A DNA stretch of 64,000 nt from an uncultured Candidatus Saccharibacteria bacterium (lineage in GTDB: Bacteria > Patescibacteriota > Minisyncoccia > Phycocordibacterales > DSPV01): the NCBI GenBank assembly GCA_964574355.1, contig CAZNMD010000002.1:16595-80594 (forward strand), read 5' to 3'. Below are positions 36,367 through 47,734 of this stretch, one piece after another; position 1 is the first letter of the stretch, and every line of letters starts with the position of its first letter. Below the pieces are notes generated by a model. It did no database searches, was not told where the DNA came from, and saw nothing but the letters and a program-made list of their open reading frames with translations. Made by a program: the position numbers and the translations under genes.

Positions 36367-38103
36367 TTGAAAGTACATAACTCTATGGGAATACTAGAAA
36401 CACTTGTTGAAAAAAAGATTATTGGCCGAGAAGATCTCGAGGCTATTAAAGATGAGCTTCGTGAGGGAAAGAAACCCGTCGAAGAAATTTTGGAACTTCA
36501 TGGTGTTAGTGAGGCGGATATCCTTTTTGCGAAAGGTGCGGCTGTTGGAATTCCGACTCGTAGTTTAGAGAATGTGAATGTTCCATTTGAGGTGTTGAAG
36601 TATGTTCCTGAGGAATCAGCCCAACATTATCGTTTCGTACCAATTGCTATTGAGGAGGGTGCGCTTGAGATTGGTATTGTTAATCCGGAAGATTTGGAAG
36701 CGCGTGATGCTATTACCTTTGCCGCTGCCAGGGCGGGTATGCCGTATAAACTCTTTTTAATAACAGAAGCTGATTTTGACCGTGTTATCCAAACATATCG
36801 AGGTCTTTCAGGTGAGGTTACAAAAGCTCTTTCTGAACTTGAGTCGGAGATTTCAACAGAAGAGGCTGAGTTAAGCAAACAAAAGAAAAAAGGAGTTCGT
36901 GAGCCTGTTGATACAAAGATTATCGAAGATGCTCCCGTTACAAAAATTGTGGCAACAATTCTTCATTACGCGGTGGAGGGCGCAGCTTCGGATATTCACG
37001 TTGAGCATTTGGGTGACAAGATTCGAGTTCGTTTTCGAGTCGACGGTATCTTGAACACATCTTTAACACTTCCAGCAAAAGTTCATGCGGCTGTCGTCGC
37101 TCGTATAAAAATTCTCTGTAATATGCGTCTCGATGAGAAAAGAAAGCCTCAAGATGGTCGTTTTTCTGCACGTATTGGTGGTAGAAAAGTAGATTTTCGT
37201 GTTTCTACTTTTCCTGCATATTTTGGTGAAAAAGTGGTTATGCGTATTTTGGATAGTGAAAAGGGAGTGTTGCCTGTTGATGCGCTTGGTTTATCAAAAA
37301 GAAATGTTCAACTTATTCGAGACGCGATTGATCGGCCGTATGGAATGATTCTTATTTCTGGTCCGACTGGTTCTGGTAAATCAACCACACTGTATTCGAT
37401 GTTGAATGAGATTGATCGTGATACGGAAAACGTTTTGTCTCTTGAAGATCCAGTTGAATATAACATTCCAGGAATGAACCAGTCACAAGTTCATCCAGAA
37501 ATTGGATATACATTTGCTTCTGGTTTGCGTTCTACGTTGCGTCAGGACCCTGATGTCATCATGGTGGGTGAGATTCGAGATAAAGAAACTGCACAGCTTG
37601 CTATTCAGGCAGCTTTGACGGGTCACTTAGTGCTTTCAACCATTCACACCAACAATGCAACAGGAGTTATTCCTCGTCTTATAGATATGGGTGTTGATCC
37701 TTATTTAATTGCGCCAACGTTGATTCTCGCTGTTGCTCAGCGTCTTGTGAAGCGACTTTATCCAAATACTGGAACGAAGTTGCCAGTTGAAGGAAGTATT
37801 AAGTTGATGCTTGAAAAACAGTTTGCAGACTTACCTCATGAAATTAGGGACCAGGTTCCGTTTGGTGAGTTTGTGTATCAGGCTGAGCCGACGGCTGAGT
37901 GTCCAACAGGTACTCGTGGACGTATTGCTGTTGTTGAAATGCTTTCGATGAACAATGAACTTGAGCAGGCGATTCTCCACAATCCTACAGAGCCTGCTAT
38001 TATGGATATTGCCAGAAAGCAGGGAATGCTCACGATGAAAGAGGATGCGATTTTAAAAGCATTCGATCGCGTCATTCCTTTTGAAGAAGTCAGTACGTTG
38101 TAA
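36367..38103 (+). CDS. pilB: type IV pilus assembly ATPase PilB (GspE family)
   Basis: N-terminal GspII_E-like domain; ISGPTGSGKSTTLYSMLNE Walker A; tetracysteine-type region; His boxes. Confidence 0.9.
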   Translation: MKVHNSMGILETLVEKKIIGREDLEAIKDELREGKKPVEEILELHGVSEADILFAKGAAVGIPTRSLENVNVPFEVLKYVPEESAQHYRFVPIAIEEGALEIGIVNPEDLEARDAITFAAARAGMPYKLFLITEADFDRVIQTYRGLSGEVTKALSELESEISTEEAELSKQKKKGVREPVDTKIIEDAPVTKIVATILHYAVEGAASDIHVEHLGDKIRVRFRVDGILNTSLTLPAKVHAAVVARIKILCNMRLDEKRKPQDGRFSARIGGRKVDFRVSTFPAYFGEKVVMRILDSEKGVLPVDALGLSKRNVQLIRDAIDRPYGMILISGPTGSGKSTTLYSMLNEIDRDTENVLSLEDPVEYNIPGMNQSQVHPEIGYTFASGLRSTLRQDPDVIMVGEIRDKETAQLAIQAALTGHLVLSTIHTNNATGVIPRLIDMGVDPYLIAPTLILAVAQRLVKRLYPNTGTKLPVEGSIKLMLEKQFADLPHEIRDQVPFGEFVYQAEPTAECPTGTRGRIAVVEMLSMNNELEQAILHNPTEPAIMDIARKQGMLTMKEDAILKAFDRVIPFEEVSTL

Positions 38104-38123
38104 TATTAAAAACTAAAAGCACA

Positions 38124-38579
38124 TTGATGGAAAATCAAATTGATGTATCAAAGGGTGATGTCAAGGAAGCTGTGAAGTCGACATCTGTCCATGCAGGAGA
38201 GAAGGTTTTCATCATTGATGATGATAGTTTTTTAACAAATATGTACAGCTTGAAGTTCAAGCAACAAGGCTTTTTGGTTGAGGTAGCTTCAAGTGGTCCT
38301 ATGGCACTCGAAAAATTAAAAAGTGGGTATAAACCTGACTTGATGCTTGTGGATGTTGTTATGCCAGCAATGGACGGGCTTGAATATCTTGAAGCGGTGA
38401 GGAAAGATCACCTTGCCGACGATACTGTTATTATCGTTCTTACTAATCAGAGCCAACAAACAGATATCGAGCGGGCAAAAAAAGTCGGAGTACACGGGTA
38501 TATTATTAAAGCGAGTACCATACCGTCAGAGGTTCTTGCGGAGACAATAAAAGTATTAGAGGCTGCCAAGAAAAAATAA
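38124..38579 (+). CDS. CheY-like response regulator receiver (PilH/PilG-like)
   Basis: VFIIDDDSFLTNMY ... DLMLVDVVMPAMDG ... receiver-domain signature. Confidence 0.75.
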   Translation: MMENQIDVSKGDVKEAVKSTSVHAGEKVFIIDDDSFLTNMYSLKFKQQGFLVEVASSGPMALEKLKSGYKPDLMLVDVVMPAMDGLEYLEAVRKDHLADDTVIIVLTNQSQQTDIERAKKVGVHGYIIKASTIPSEVLAETIKVLEAAKKK

Positions 38580-38583
38580 AATT

Positions 38584-39651
38584 ATGCCAACAGATTATCG
38601 AAAAGATATAGATCGTTTAATAGAAATTGTTATTCATGAGGGTGGATCAGATATTCACTTATCGCCCGGATACCGACCGATTATCCGTGTGTCTGGTTTT
38701 TTGATTCCTGTTGGTGATGATGCTCTTCTTACAAGAGAAGATACAGAGGCCTATTTAGCGGCCTTGACCACAAAGGAAAATTTTGCTGTTTTTCAACAAA
38801 AAAGAGAGATTGATTTCTCGTATGTTTATAAAGGGGAAGCTCGTTTTCGAGGTAATGCGTTTGTGACTCAAGGAGGGATTGGTATTGCTCTGCGTTTAAT
38901 TCCAAAACGTATTAAAAATGTTGCTGAGTTAAATCTCCCAACCGTTCTTGAATCTTTTGCGTCAAAACAACAAGGTTTTTTCTTGGTTGTGGGACCAACT
39001 GGTCATGGTAAATCAACAACGCTTGCGGCCCTCATACAGTTGATTAATGAAACAAGGGCGGAGCACATTATTACTATTGAAGATCCTATTGAGTTTGTGT
39101 ATACCCCGGTTAAGTCGCTTATTGATCAGCGAGAGGTATTAAATGATACGGCTGATTTTCAGACAGCGCTTTCGGCAATGTTTCGTCAGGATGTGGATGT
39201 CGTATTAATCGGTGAGATGCGAAACGCTGAGACGATGTCAGCGGCGGTGACCGCGGCTGAAACAGGTCACCTTGTTTTCTCAACGCTTCATACCAATAAT
39301 GCAGCGCAAACAATTGATCGTATTATTGATTCGTTTGATGCTGCTCAACAACAGCAAATTCGTCTTCAGCTCGCAGCTTCTCTCACGGGAATTTTTTCAC
39401 AGCGTCTTGTTCCGCGTATTTCAGGTGGTCTTATTCCGGCCTATGAACTTCTTGTGGCAAATAATGCGGTCGCAAATCTTATTCGTGACCAACGAACACA
39501 TGAAATTAATACAGCTATTGAGACGGGAATGGAAAGTGGCATGATTGATTTGAATCGCACGCTTGCAAATCTTGTCCGCGCGGGAGAAATCACAGTGGAA
39601 AACGCTTACAGCCAGTCTTTCAATTCGAAACTCCTAGAGAAATATCTGTAG
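38584..39651 (+). CDS. pilT: twitching-motility / pilus retraction ATPase PilT
   Basis: LVVGPTGHGKSTTLAALIQLINE; 355 aa, typical PilT length. Confidence 0.85.
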   Translation: MPTDYRKDIDRLIEIVIHEGGSDIHLSPGYRPIIRVSGFLIPVGDDALLTREDTEAYLAALTTKENFAVFQQKREIDFSYVYKGEARFRGNAFVTQGGIGIALRLIPKRIKNVAELNLPTVLESFASKQQGFFLVVGPTGHGKSTTLAALIQLINETRAEHIITIEDPIEFVYTPVKSLIDQREVLNDTADFQTALSAMFRQDVDVVLIGEMRNAETMSAAVTAAETGHLVFSTLHTNNAAQTIDRIIDSFDAAQQQQIRLQLAASLTGIFSQRLVPRISGGLIPAYELLVANNAVANLIRDQRTHEINTAIETGMESGMIDLNRTLANLVRAGEITVENAYSQSFNSKLLEKYL

Positions 39652-39677
39652 GTTCATCTGAACAAAAATAGCTCAAA

Positions 39678-40886
39678 ATGCTTTTTGCTTATAAGGTTGT
39701 AAATAAAGAAGGTCAAGCATCAGATGGGTCAATTGATGCGGTTAATGTTGATATAGCTATTGCTTCTTTGCAGAGGCGAGGGTTTATCATTTCTTCCATT
39801 AAATCTGCTGAGAAAAAACCGTTACTCCAAATGGATTTGGGGGCTATTTTTGGTGGTGTGAAGGCAAAAGAAGTTGTTATTCTTTCGCGTCAGATGGCGA
39901 CGCTTTTTGAAGCGCAAGTATCGGCATTGCGTGTTTTTCGACTTCTTTCGTCGGAGGGTGAAAATAAAATTTTGCGACAACATTTGGAAAAAGTGGCTGA
40001 TGATATTCAGTCTGGAAGTTCTATTTCGGCAGCACTTGCGAAACACCCAAAGGTTTTTTCTGATTTTTACGTCAACATGGTTCGTGCAGGTGAAGAGTCA
40101 GGGAAGCTTGATGAGACATTTATGTTCTTGGCAGATCATATTGATCGTAGTTATGAACTCACCAGTAAAGCTCGAAATGCGTTCGTGTATCCAGCCTTCA
40201 TTGTTTTGACCTTTATTATCGTTATGGTGTTGATGCTTGTGAAGGTTATTCCGAGTATTGCGGCGATTTTGGAAGGAGAAGGGCAGGAGCTTCCTATTTA
40301 TACAAAAATTGTTATTGGAACAAGTGATTTCTTCGTTCATTACGGAGCATTTGTGGGAGGTGCGGCGGCTCTTGCGGTATATTTTTATATTCGTTACAGA
40401 AAAACAGAAAAAGGGAGATATGCAACAGATCACTTTTTTAATTCAGTTCCGTACCTTGGTGATTTGTATCGAAAATTAGCACTTTCACGCATAGCAGATA
40501 ACTTGCATACCATGATAGGTAGTGCGATTCCTATTGTGAAAGCTCTTGAGGTTACTTCGACGGTTGTTGAAAATGCGGTGTTTGAAAAAATCGTAAAAGA
40601 AACAGTCATTGCCGTTAAAGGAGGTAGTTCAATTTCACAATCGTTCTCTAAGTATCCAGAAATACCAGGCATTATGGTCCAAATGATGCGGGTTGGAGAA
40701 GAAACAGGTGAGCTTGGAAATATTTTAGAGACGATGGCGAAGTTTTATTCGCGTGAAGTAAAAAATGCCGTTGATACGTTGCTTGGTCTTATTGAGCCAA
40801 CAATGATTGTCTTTTTGGCAGGTGGTGTAGGTGTTCTCCTGGCTTCAGTGTTGATGCCGATTTACAATCTCGCAAACGCGTTTTAA
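39678..40886 (+). CDS. pilC: type IV pilus platform protein PilC (GspF family)
   Basis: Two repeated GspF domains, three transmembrane segments. Confidence 0.85.
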   Translation: MLFAYKVVNKEGQASDGSIDAVNVDIAIASLQRRGFIISSIKSAEKKPLLQMDLGAIFGGVKAKEVVILSRQMATLFEAQVSALRVFRLLSSEGENKILRQHLEKVADDIQSGSSISAALAKHPKVFSDFYVNMVRAGEESGKLDETFMFLADHIDRSYELTSKARNAFVYPAFIVLTFIIVMVLMLVKVIPSIAAILEGEGQELPIYTKIVIGTSDFFVHYGAFVGGAAALAVYFYIRYRKTEKGRYATDHFFNSVPYLGDLYRKLALSRIADNLHTMIGSAIPIVKALEVTSTVVENAVFEKIVKETVIAVKGGSSISQSFSKYPEIPGIMVQMMRVGEETGELGNILETMAKFYSREVKNAVDTLLGLIEPTMIVFLAGGVGVLLASVLMPIYNLANAF

Positions 40887-41050
40887 TGAAAAGGGGTAAT
40901 TGTAGGTTTATCCACAACAATGTTTCCCAGATTTTTCATAGACGTACTATAATGAACCCGTTCCTCACAATGTTCGCCTGTATGCGAAGGGAGGTCGAAC
41001 TCATTCGTTTAGGGCACTCGTGTTTGTATTAATGTTACTTTAATTATTAT

Positions 41051-41527
41051 ATGAAGAATAAAGGTTTTACGCTTATTGAGCTTCTCGTCGTTATTGCTAT
41101 CATCGGTATCCTCTCGTCGGTCGTATTGGCTTCTCTTAATACTGCACGAGGAAAGGGTCGTGATGCAGCAATTAAACAGAATCTCTCAGGTATTCGAACA
41201 GAGGCAGAAATTTATTATGATACAAATAATCAGTACGGTACTGCAATTGCAGCCGCAACTGCTGCTTGTGATTCGTTGCCAACCATGTTCCGAGGCGACA
41301 CTACAATTTTGAACCAAATCACTCAAGCTGAGGCAGCTTCAGGTGCTCAAGCAACATGTGCTATTGGTACAGTTGGTACAGTTCACAGCTTTGCTGTTTC
41401 TGTTCCAATCTTCACCAACGCTGCTGCACAGGAGTGGTGTATTGATAGTAACGGATACGCTGCTGTTACTTCACTTGCAAACGGTGCAACTGGTGGTGCT
41501 GGTTCTACTGCTGTTTGTACGCCGTAA
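41051..41527 (+). CDS. pilA: type IV major pilin (prepilin with class-III signal)
   Basis: MKNKGFTLIELLVVIAIIGILSSV (G-1, F+1, E+5); C-terminal Cys pair; own terminator. Confidence 0.8.
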   Translation: MKNKGFTLIELLVVIAIIGILSSVVLASLNTARGKGRDAAIKQNLSGIRTEAEIYYDTNNQYGTAIAAATAACDSLPTMFRGDTTILNQITQAEAASGAQATCAIGTVGTVHSFAVSVPIFTNAAAQEWCIDSNGYAAVTSLANGATGGAGSTAVCTP

Positions 41528-41547
41528 TCCATTTTTTCTCAGTATTC

Positions 41548-41580
41548 AAAAACACCCACCTTTTGGTGGGTGTTTTTATA
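41548..41580 (+). terminator. rho-independent terminator after pilin 1
   Basis: ACACCCACC-tttt-GGTGGGTGT followed by TTTTT. Confidence 0.75.
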
Positions 41581-41655
41581 CACAGAAAAAGGTGTGTTAG
41601 GGACACTTTTAGGATATTATTGCTTTTATAGATTCGGTTTAATACAAATTTATAC

Positions 41656-42117
41656 ATGCTAAAATTACAAACAAAAGGTTTCTCTCTTATTGAGCTTCTC
41701 GTCGTTATTGCTATCATCGGTATCCTCTCGTCGGTAACGTTGGCCACATTGAATGTTGCTCGCGCCAAGGGTGCAGATGCGGCGATTAAAGCAGATTTAG
41801 ATTCAATTAGAAAACAGGTAGGACTCTATTTTGATGATAATACCCACTACGGATCTGATGCTGCAGATTGTACGACTGGTATTTTTACCGATCCTGTCAT
41901 TGTGAGTGCGATTACTCACGCTGAATCAGTAAGTGGAGCAACAGCAACATGTGTTTCTGATGACTCAGATCCTGCAGCGGGAACAGCGACAAGTTGGGCT
42001 ATTTCTGTTCCGCTTAAGACTGATGGTACCGTTTCTTGGTGTGTAGATGGTTTTGAAAATGTTGGTCTTGGCGTTGCTGACAATACAACAAATCCAAACG
42101 TTGCCGAGTGTCATTAG
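41656..42117 (+). CDS. type IV pilin paralog 2
   Basis: MLKLQTKGFSLIELLVVIAIIGILSSV; the N-terminal 30 aa are near-identical to pilin 1 and the C-terminus diverges. Confidence 0.8.
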   Translation: MLKLQTKGFSLIELLVVIAIIGILSSVTLATLNVARAKGADAAIKADLDSIRKQVGLYFDDNTHYGSDAADCTTGIFTDPVIVSAITHAESVSGATATCVSDDSDPAAGTATSWAISVPLKTDGTVSWCVDGFENVGLGVADNTTNPNVAECH

Positions 42118-42129
42118 TTTACTTATTTT

Positions 42130-42173
42130 AAAAAACACAATTCCCGAGCATGTCGGGAATTGTGTTTTTTAGT
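42130..42173 (+). terminator. rho-independent terminator after pilin 2
   Basis: ACACAATTCCCGA-gcatg-TCGGGAATTGTGT followed by TTTTTT. Confidence 0.75.
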
Positions 42174-42184
42174 GATACACTTAT

Positions 42185-43045
42185 GTGATGGGTATCAATT
42201 TTTTTGATACAGTGTTTGTTCTTTTTTTTGGAGCTGTCGTTGGCAGTTTTCTTAACGTAGTTATTATTCGTTTGAAGACAGGTCGAACAATTGTACAAGG
42301 TCGTTCGATGTGTATGTCGTGCGGTAAACAACTTGCTTGGTTTGAACTTATTCCAGTTGTAAGCTATCTTTTTTTAAAAGGAAGATGTTCTGGATGCAAA
42401 GCAGAGGTTTCGTTTCAATATCCTGTGGTTGAATGGGGAACGGCTATTCTTTTCTTTATTGCATATGGTGTTGTTTTTTCTAATCCACTTAGTAGTGGAT
42501 TGGCCCCGTTGTTGTTCCTTTGGATTCAAATAGCCCTTCTTGTTGTTATTAGTGGGTATGATTTGCGTCATAAAATAATTCCCGAAGGTCCGCTTTATGT
42601 TCTCGCGATTGTGGCTATTGTAAAAACGATTGCTGTCGGTGTTGGTTTTTCTTACGGAGCGATCATTAATACACTTGGTTGGCAGATTCTTACTGCGATT
42701 CTGTTGTTTATTCCTTTTTATTTATTATGGAAAGTTTCGAATGGTCGGTGGATGGGTTTTGGTGACGCAAAAATAGCTTTTGTCATAGGGCTTCTCCTTC
42801 CTGGGATTGAAGGTCTTTCGGCGGTTCTTCTTGCCTTTTATATTGGTGCGGTGACAGCTGTTTCAATTATTGTTGCACAAAAATTTCAACGTTTGATTGC
42901 TGCAAAAAAAACAAAAGGTATTGTATTGACCATGGCAAGCGAAATGCCATTTGGACCATTTTTGGCTATCGGTACGATTCTTGTTGGTTTGTATAGCGCA
43001 GGAGCTTTTTGGCTCTTACCTTTTTTGCCCGTACTTGGTATGTAG
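42185..43045 (+). CDS. pilD: prepilin peptidase PilD (A24 family) with an N-terminal zinc finger
   Basis: CMSCGKQLAWFELIPVVSYLFLKGRCSGC; multiple transmembrane helices; Asp residues in FGDAK context. Confidence 0.85.
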   Translation: MMGINFFDTVFVLFFGAVVGSFLNVVIIRLKTGRTIVQGRSMCMSCGKQLAWFELIPVVSYLFLKGRCSGCKAEVSFQYPVVEWGTAILFFIAYGVVFSNPLSSGLAPLLFLWIQIALLVVISGYDLRHKIIPEGPLYVLAIVAIVKTIAVGVGFSYGAIINTLGWQILTAILLFIPFYLLWKVSNGRWMGFGDAKIAFVIGLLLPGIEGLSAVLLAFYIGAVTAVSIIVAQKFQRLIAAKKTKGIVLTMASEMPFGPFLAIGTILVGLYSAGAFWLLPFLPVLGM

Positions 43046-43054
43046 GTTAACAAA

Positions 43055-43663
43055 ATGAGTTTTTCGCAGAAAAATAAAGGATTTACTCTTGTAGAGCTTC
43101 TTATTGTTATGGCTCTTGTGGTTATGCTTATTGCGGTTGTGGTTGGTCAGGATCGAGCTGATGTCTCACGGTTTTTGTATGAAGATGTTTCGTATCGAGT
43201 TGCTCTTTCCGTTCGACAGGCACAATCATATGGTATTTCTGCCCGTGAATATGTGGCGGCCGGCGGGGGTAGTCGTTCTTTTTGCGGGGCTTATGGTCTT
43301 CATTTTAATATGACCACTCCAACTCAGTATCTTGTTTTCAATGATCCTGGTGGTACTCCTTCCTCTTTTATTTGTCCGGTTAATGATGGAGATTATGATG
43401 TTGGTGAACCGATTCTCGAGACGGTTCTTTTGAAGGGTGGAGTTTCGATTAGTGGTATATGTGTATGGAATTCAGGGGGAACAAGGGTGTGTAATCCTGG
43501 GATAACACAGATGAATATTTCTTTTCAACGCCCCAATCCCGAACCATTAAGTACCAATCGCCAATATTGTGTGGATCTTTCTTTTCCAAACGGCAGCCAT
43601 CGGTCTATTATAGTAAGGCGAACAGGACAAGTAAGTGTTCTTGAAGGTGTATGTCCATTGTAA
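43055..43663 (+). CDS. minor pilin / pseudopilin
   Basis: KGFTLVELLIVMALVVML prepilin N-terminus. Confidence 0.65.
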   Translation: MSFSQKNKGFTLVELLIVMALVVMLIAVVVGQDRADVSRFLYEDVSYRVALSVRQAQSYGISAREYVAAGGGSRSFCGAYGLHFNMTTPTQYLVFNDPGGTPSSFICPVNDGDYDVGEPILETVLLKGGVSISGICVWNSGGTRVCNPGITQMNISFQRPNPEPLSTNRQYCVDLSFPNGSHRSIIVRRTGQVSVLEGVCPL

Positions 43664-44217
43664 AAAAACAAAATATATCTACATGTAAAAAAGGTTTTAC
43701 TCTTATTGAGGTATTAGTTTCAATGGGAGTTTTTACTATCATTATGACTATGGTTGCGGGCACAATCTCATCAATGATGGTTGCTCGAGTGAGTGCTCGA
43801 AATACAAGGGCTGCTCTTGATAATGTTAGTTCGGCGATTGAGTATATGATTCGAGAAGTTCGTTCCGGAAGTACGTACCATTGTGATGTTTCGGTTGGTA
43901 ATGTTGATTTGCCTCGTGATTGTGCTGGGGGGTCAAATTCCTTTTCGTTTTATGATTCTCATCCTGTTAGGCGCTCATATACATTTGATTCGGCAAACGG
44001 GGTAATTCTTACAGCAATCGGAAGTAACCCACCAATGAAGTTGAATGAACCGGCTGAATTTTGGGTTGATAGTTTTATTGTGAGTGTTGAAGGAGCTGAG
44101 GATATAACGGATACTGTACCTCCGTTTGTAACATTTAAAATTGCTGGTCATGCGAGGAACTTAAAAGTTCCGCTTACTATGGTGTTTCAGACGAGTGTAT
44201 CGCAACGCGCTCGATAG
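43651..44217 (+). CDS. minor pilin / pseudopilin
   Basis: KGFTLIEVLVSMGVFTIIM prepilin N-terminus. Confidence 0.65.
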   Translation: MSIVKKQNISTCKKGFTLIEVLVSMGVFTIIMTMVAGTISSMMVARVSARNTRAALDNVSSAIEYMIREVRSGSTYHCDVSVGNVDLPRDCAGGSNSFSFYDSHPVRRSYTFDSANGVILTAIGSNPPMKLNEPAEFWVDSFIVSVEGAEDITDTVPPFVTFKIAGHARNLKVPLTMVFQTSVSQRAR

Positions 44218-44225
44218 GTGTATGT

Positions 44226-44765
44226 ATGATGTATTCTATGTATAAACAGCACAAACAAAAATCTGGTTTTACCCTCATTGAAGCACTTTTTGGTATCACG
44301 ATAATTATGTTTGCGCTTTTGGGGCCATTAATGCTCATTAATAATAGTTTAAAAGCTGCGCACGAAGTTCGTGATCAAACAATAGCCTCGTATCTTGCTT
44401 TTGAAGCGATCGAAGCGATACGGAATGTGCGTGATGAAAGAGCGCTTGAGAATCCGACTCACGGTCCTGACGCCGATTGGTTAGGGTCAATGAGGCAATG
44501 TGTCGGTTCTCCTTGTTGGCTTGATGTAAACAATACAGGTACTCCTGCCTTTACCGCTTGTGGTGGTGCATGTCCGGCAATGGAGCGTTCCGCAACAGGG
44601 TATGGCTATGGAGGAATGGGTAGTACGAGTTCATTTGTTCGCAGTATTATTTTAGACGAAGCGGCAGCAATGCCTCACTATCATGCAACAGCGACAATTT
44701 CAGTGAGTTGGCAAGGTGTTACTTCTCGTTCAGTGATCTATGAATATCATATTTATAACTGGTAA
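44226..44765 (+). CDS. minor pilin / pseudopilin
   Basis: SGFTLIEALFGITIIMFALL prepilin N-terminus. Confidence 0.6.
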   Translation: MMYSMYKQHKQKSGFTLIEALFGITIIMFALLGPLMLINNSLKAAHEVRDQTIASYLAFEAIEAIRNVRDERALENPTHGPDADWLGSMRQCVGSPCWLDVNNTGTPAFTACGGACPAMERSATGYGYGGMGSTSSFVRSIILDEAAAMPHYHATATISVSWQGVTSRSVIYEYHIYNW

Positions 44766-45330
44766 AAAAAGTACTCAAGAAAGTAAAAAAGGCGTTGCCA
44801 TAATTATGGCCATTATTTTGGCAGCTCAATTGGTCGTTGTTGGTGCTGCCGTTCATGCTATTTCTTTGCGTGAACAACAGCTTTCGACTCTTGCCGATGA
44901 GTCAGTTCGGGCATATGCTGCCGCTGAATCTATGATGGAATGTGCGTTGTTTCAAGATACGCGTATTGGAAATTTTGGTACAGAAACACCGATAGCTTTT
45001 TCTTGTGGTACTGCCTGGAATATTGATGGGTATGTACCCCAGGCTGAAGATAATACTGACTCAATTGTTGGTATTCCCGACAACGAGTGTCGTGATTACA
45101 GTCCGACATCCGGCGATGGAGATTGTTCGTTTTTTGCCCCAACTCCAGGCTTGACGTCAATTGGTTTAACTGGGTATCCAAACGGACCTTGTGCTGACGT
45201 TTATATATATAAATTTGTTGATGCTGCGGGCTTTATTCTTACCGGAATAGCCGCACATGGTGCAAATACGTGTGATCCAACAAGTCGCCGACTAGAAAGA
45301 GGGGTTACTGTTTTCTATCCTAGACCGTAA
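44740..45330 (+). CDS. pilus-associated protein (PilX-like?), N-terminal hydrophobic anchor; start uncertain
   Basis: VAIIMAIILAAQLVVVGAAV helix; Cys-rich C-terminus; last gene of the minor-pilin run. Confidence 0.4.
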   Translation: MNIIFITGKKSTQESKKGVAIIMAIILAAQLVVVGAAVHAISLREQQLSTLADESVRAYAAAESMMECALFQDTRIGNFGTETPIAFSCGTAWNIDGYVPQAEDNTDSIVGIPDNECRDYSPTSGDGDCSFFAPTPGLTSIGLTGYPNGPCADVYIYKFVDAAGFILTGIAAHGANTCDPTSRRLERGVTVFYPRP

Positions 45331-45342
45331 ATGGTAAGGTAA

Positions 45343-47367
<2,025 letters not shown>

Positions 47368-47450
47368 TTTCTTTTGGAATATGGATAAGAAAGTTCATTC
47401 GGTGAGATGAATTTTTGATATGTTTTGTGTTATGATGGCGTCAAACGTCT

Positions 47451-47732
47451 ATGCTTACCATACAAGAAATAGATAAGCTTCTTGCGCTTGCTCGAATGGA
47501 GATACCTGCGGAAGAAAAGGAGAAACTTCGAACGGATATCGATTCAATTTTGAATTACATTGATCAGTTAAAAGAAGCTGCAGCAAAGGCGCCTAAGACA
47601 GAAAAGGTGCTTAATCGAAATGTTCTTCGAGGTGACGATCAACCGAGCGTTTCAGGGAAAGATACTGCTGCTTTAGTTGCTGCTGCTCCTGAATCACAAG
47701 ATGGGTATGTGAAGGTTAAGAAGATTATGTAA
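47451..47732 (+). CDS. gatC: Asp/Glu-tRNA amidotransferase subunit C
   Basis: 93 aa, IDKLLALARMEIPAEEKEKL...; immediately precedes gatA. Confidence 0.7.
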   Translation: MLTIQEIDKLLALARMEIPAEEKEKLRTDIDSILNYIDQLKEAAAKAPKTEKVLNRNVLRGDDQPSVSGKDTAALVAAAPESQDGYVKVKKIM

Positions 47733-47734
47733 AC

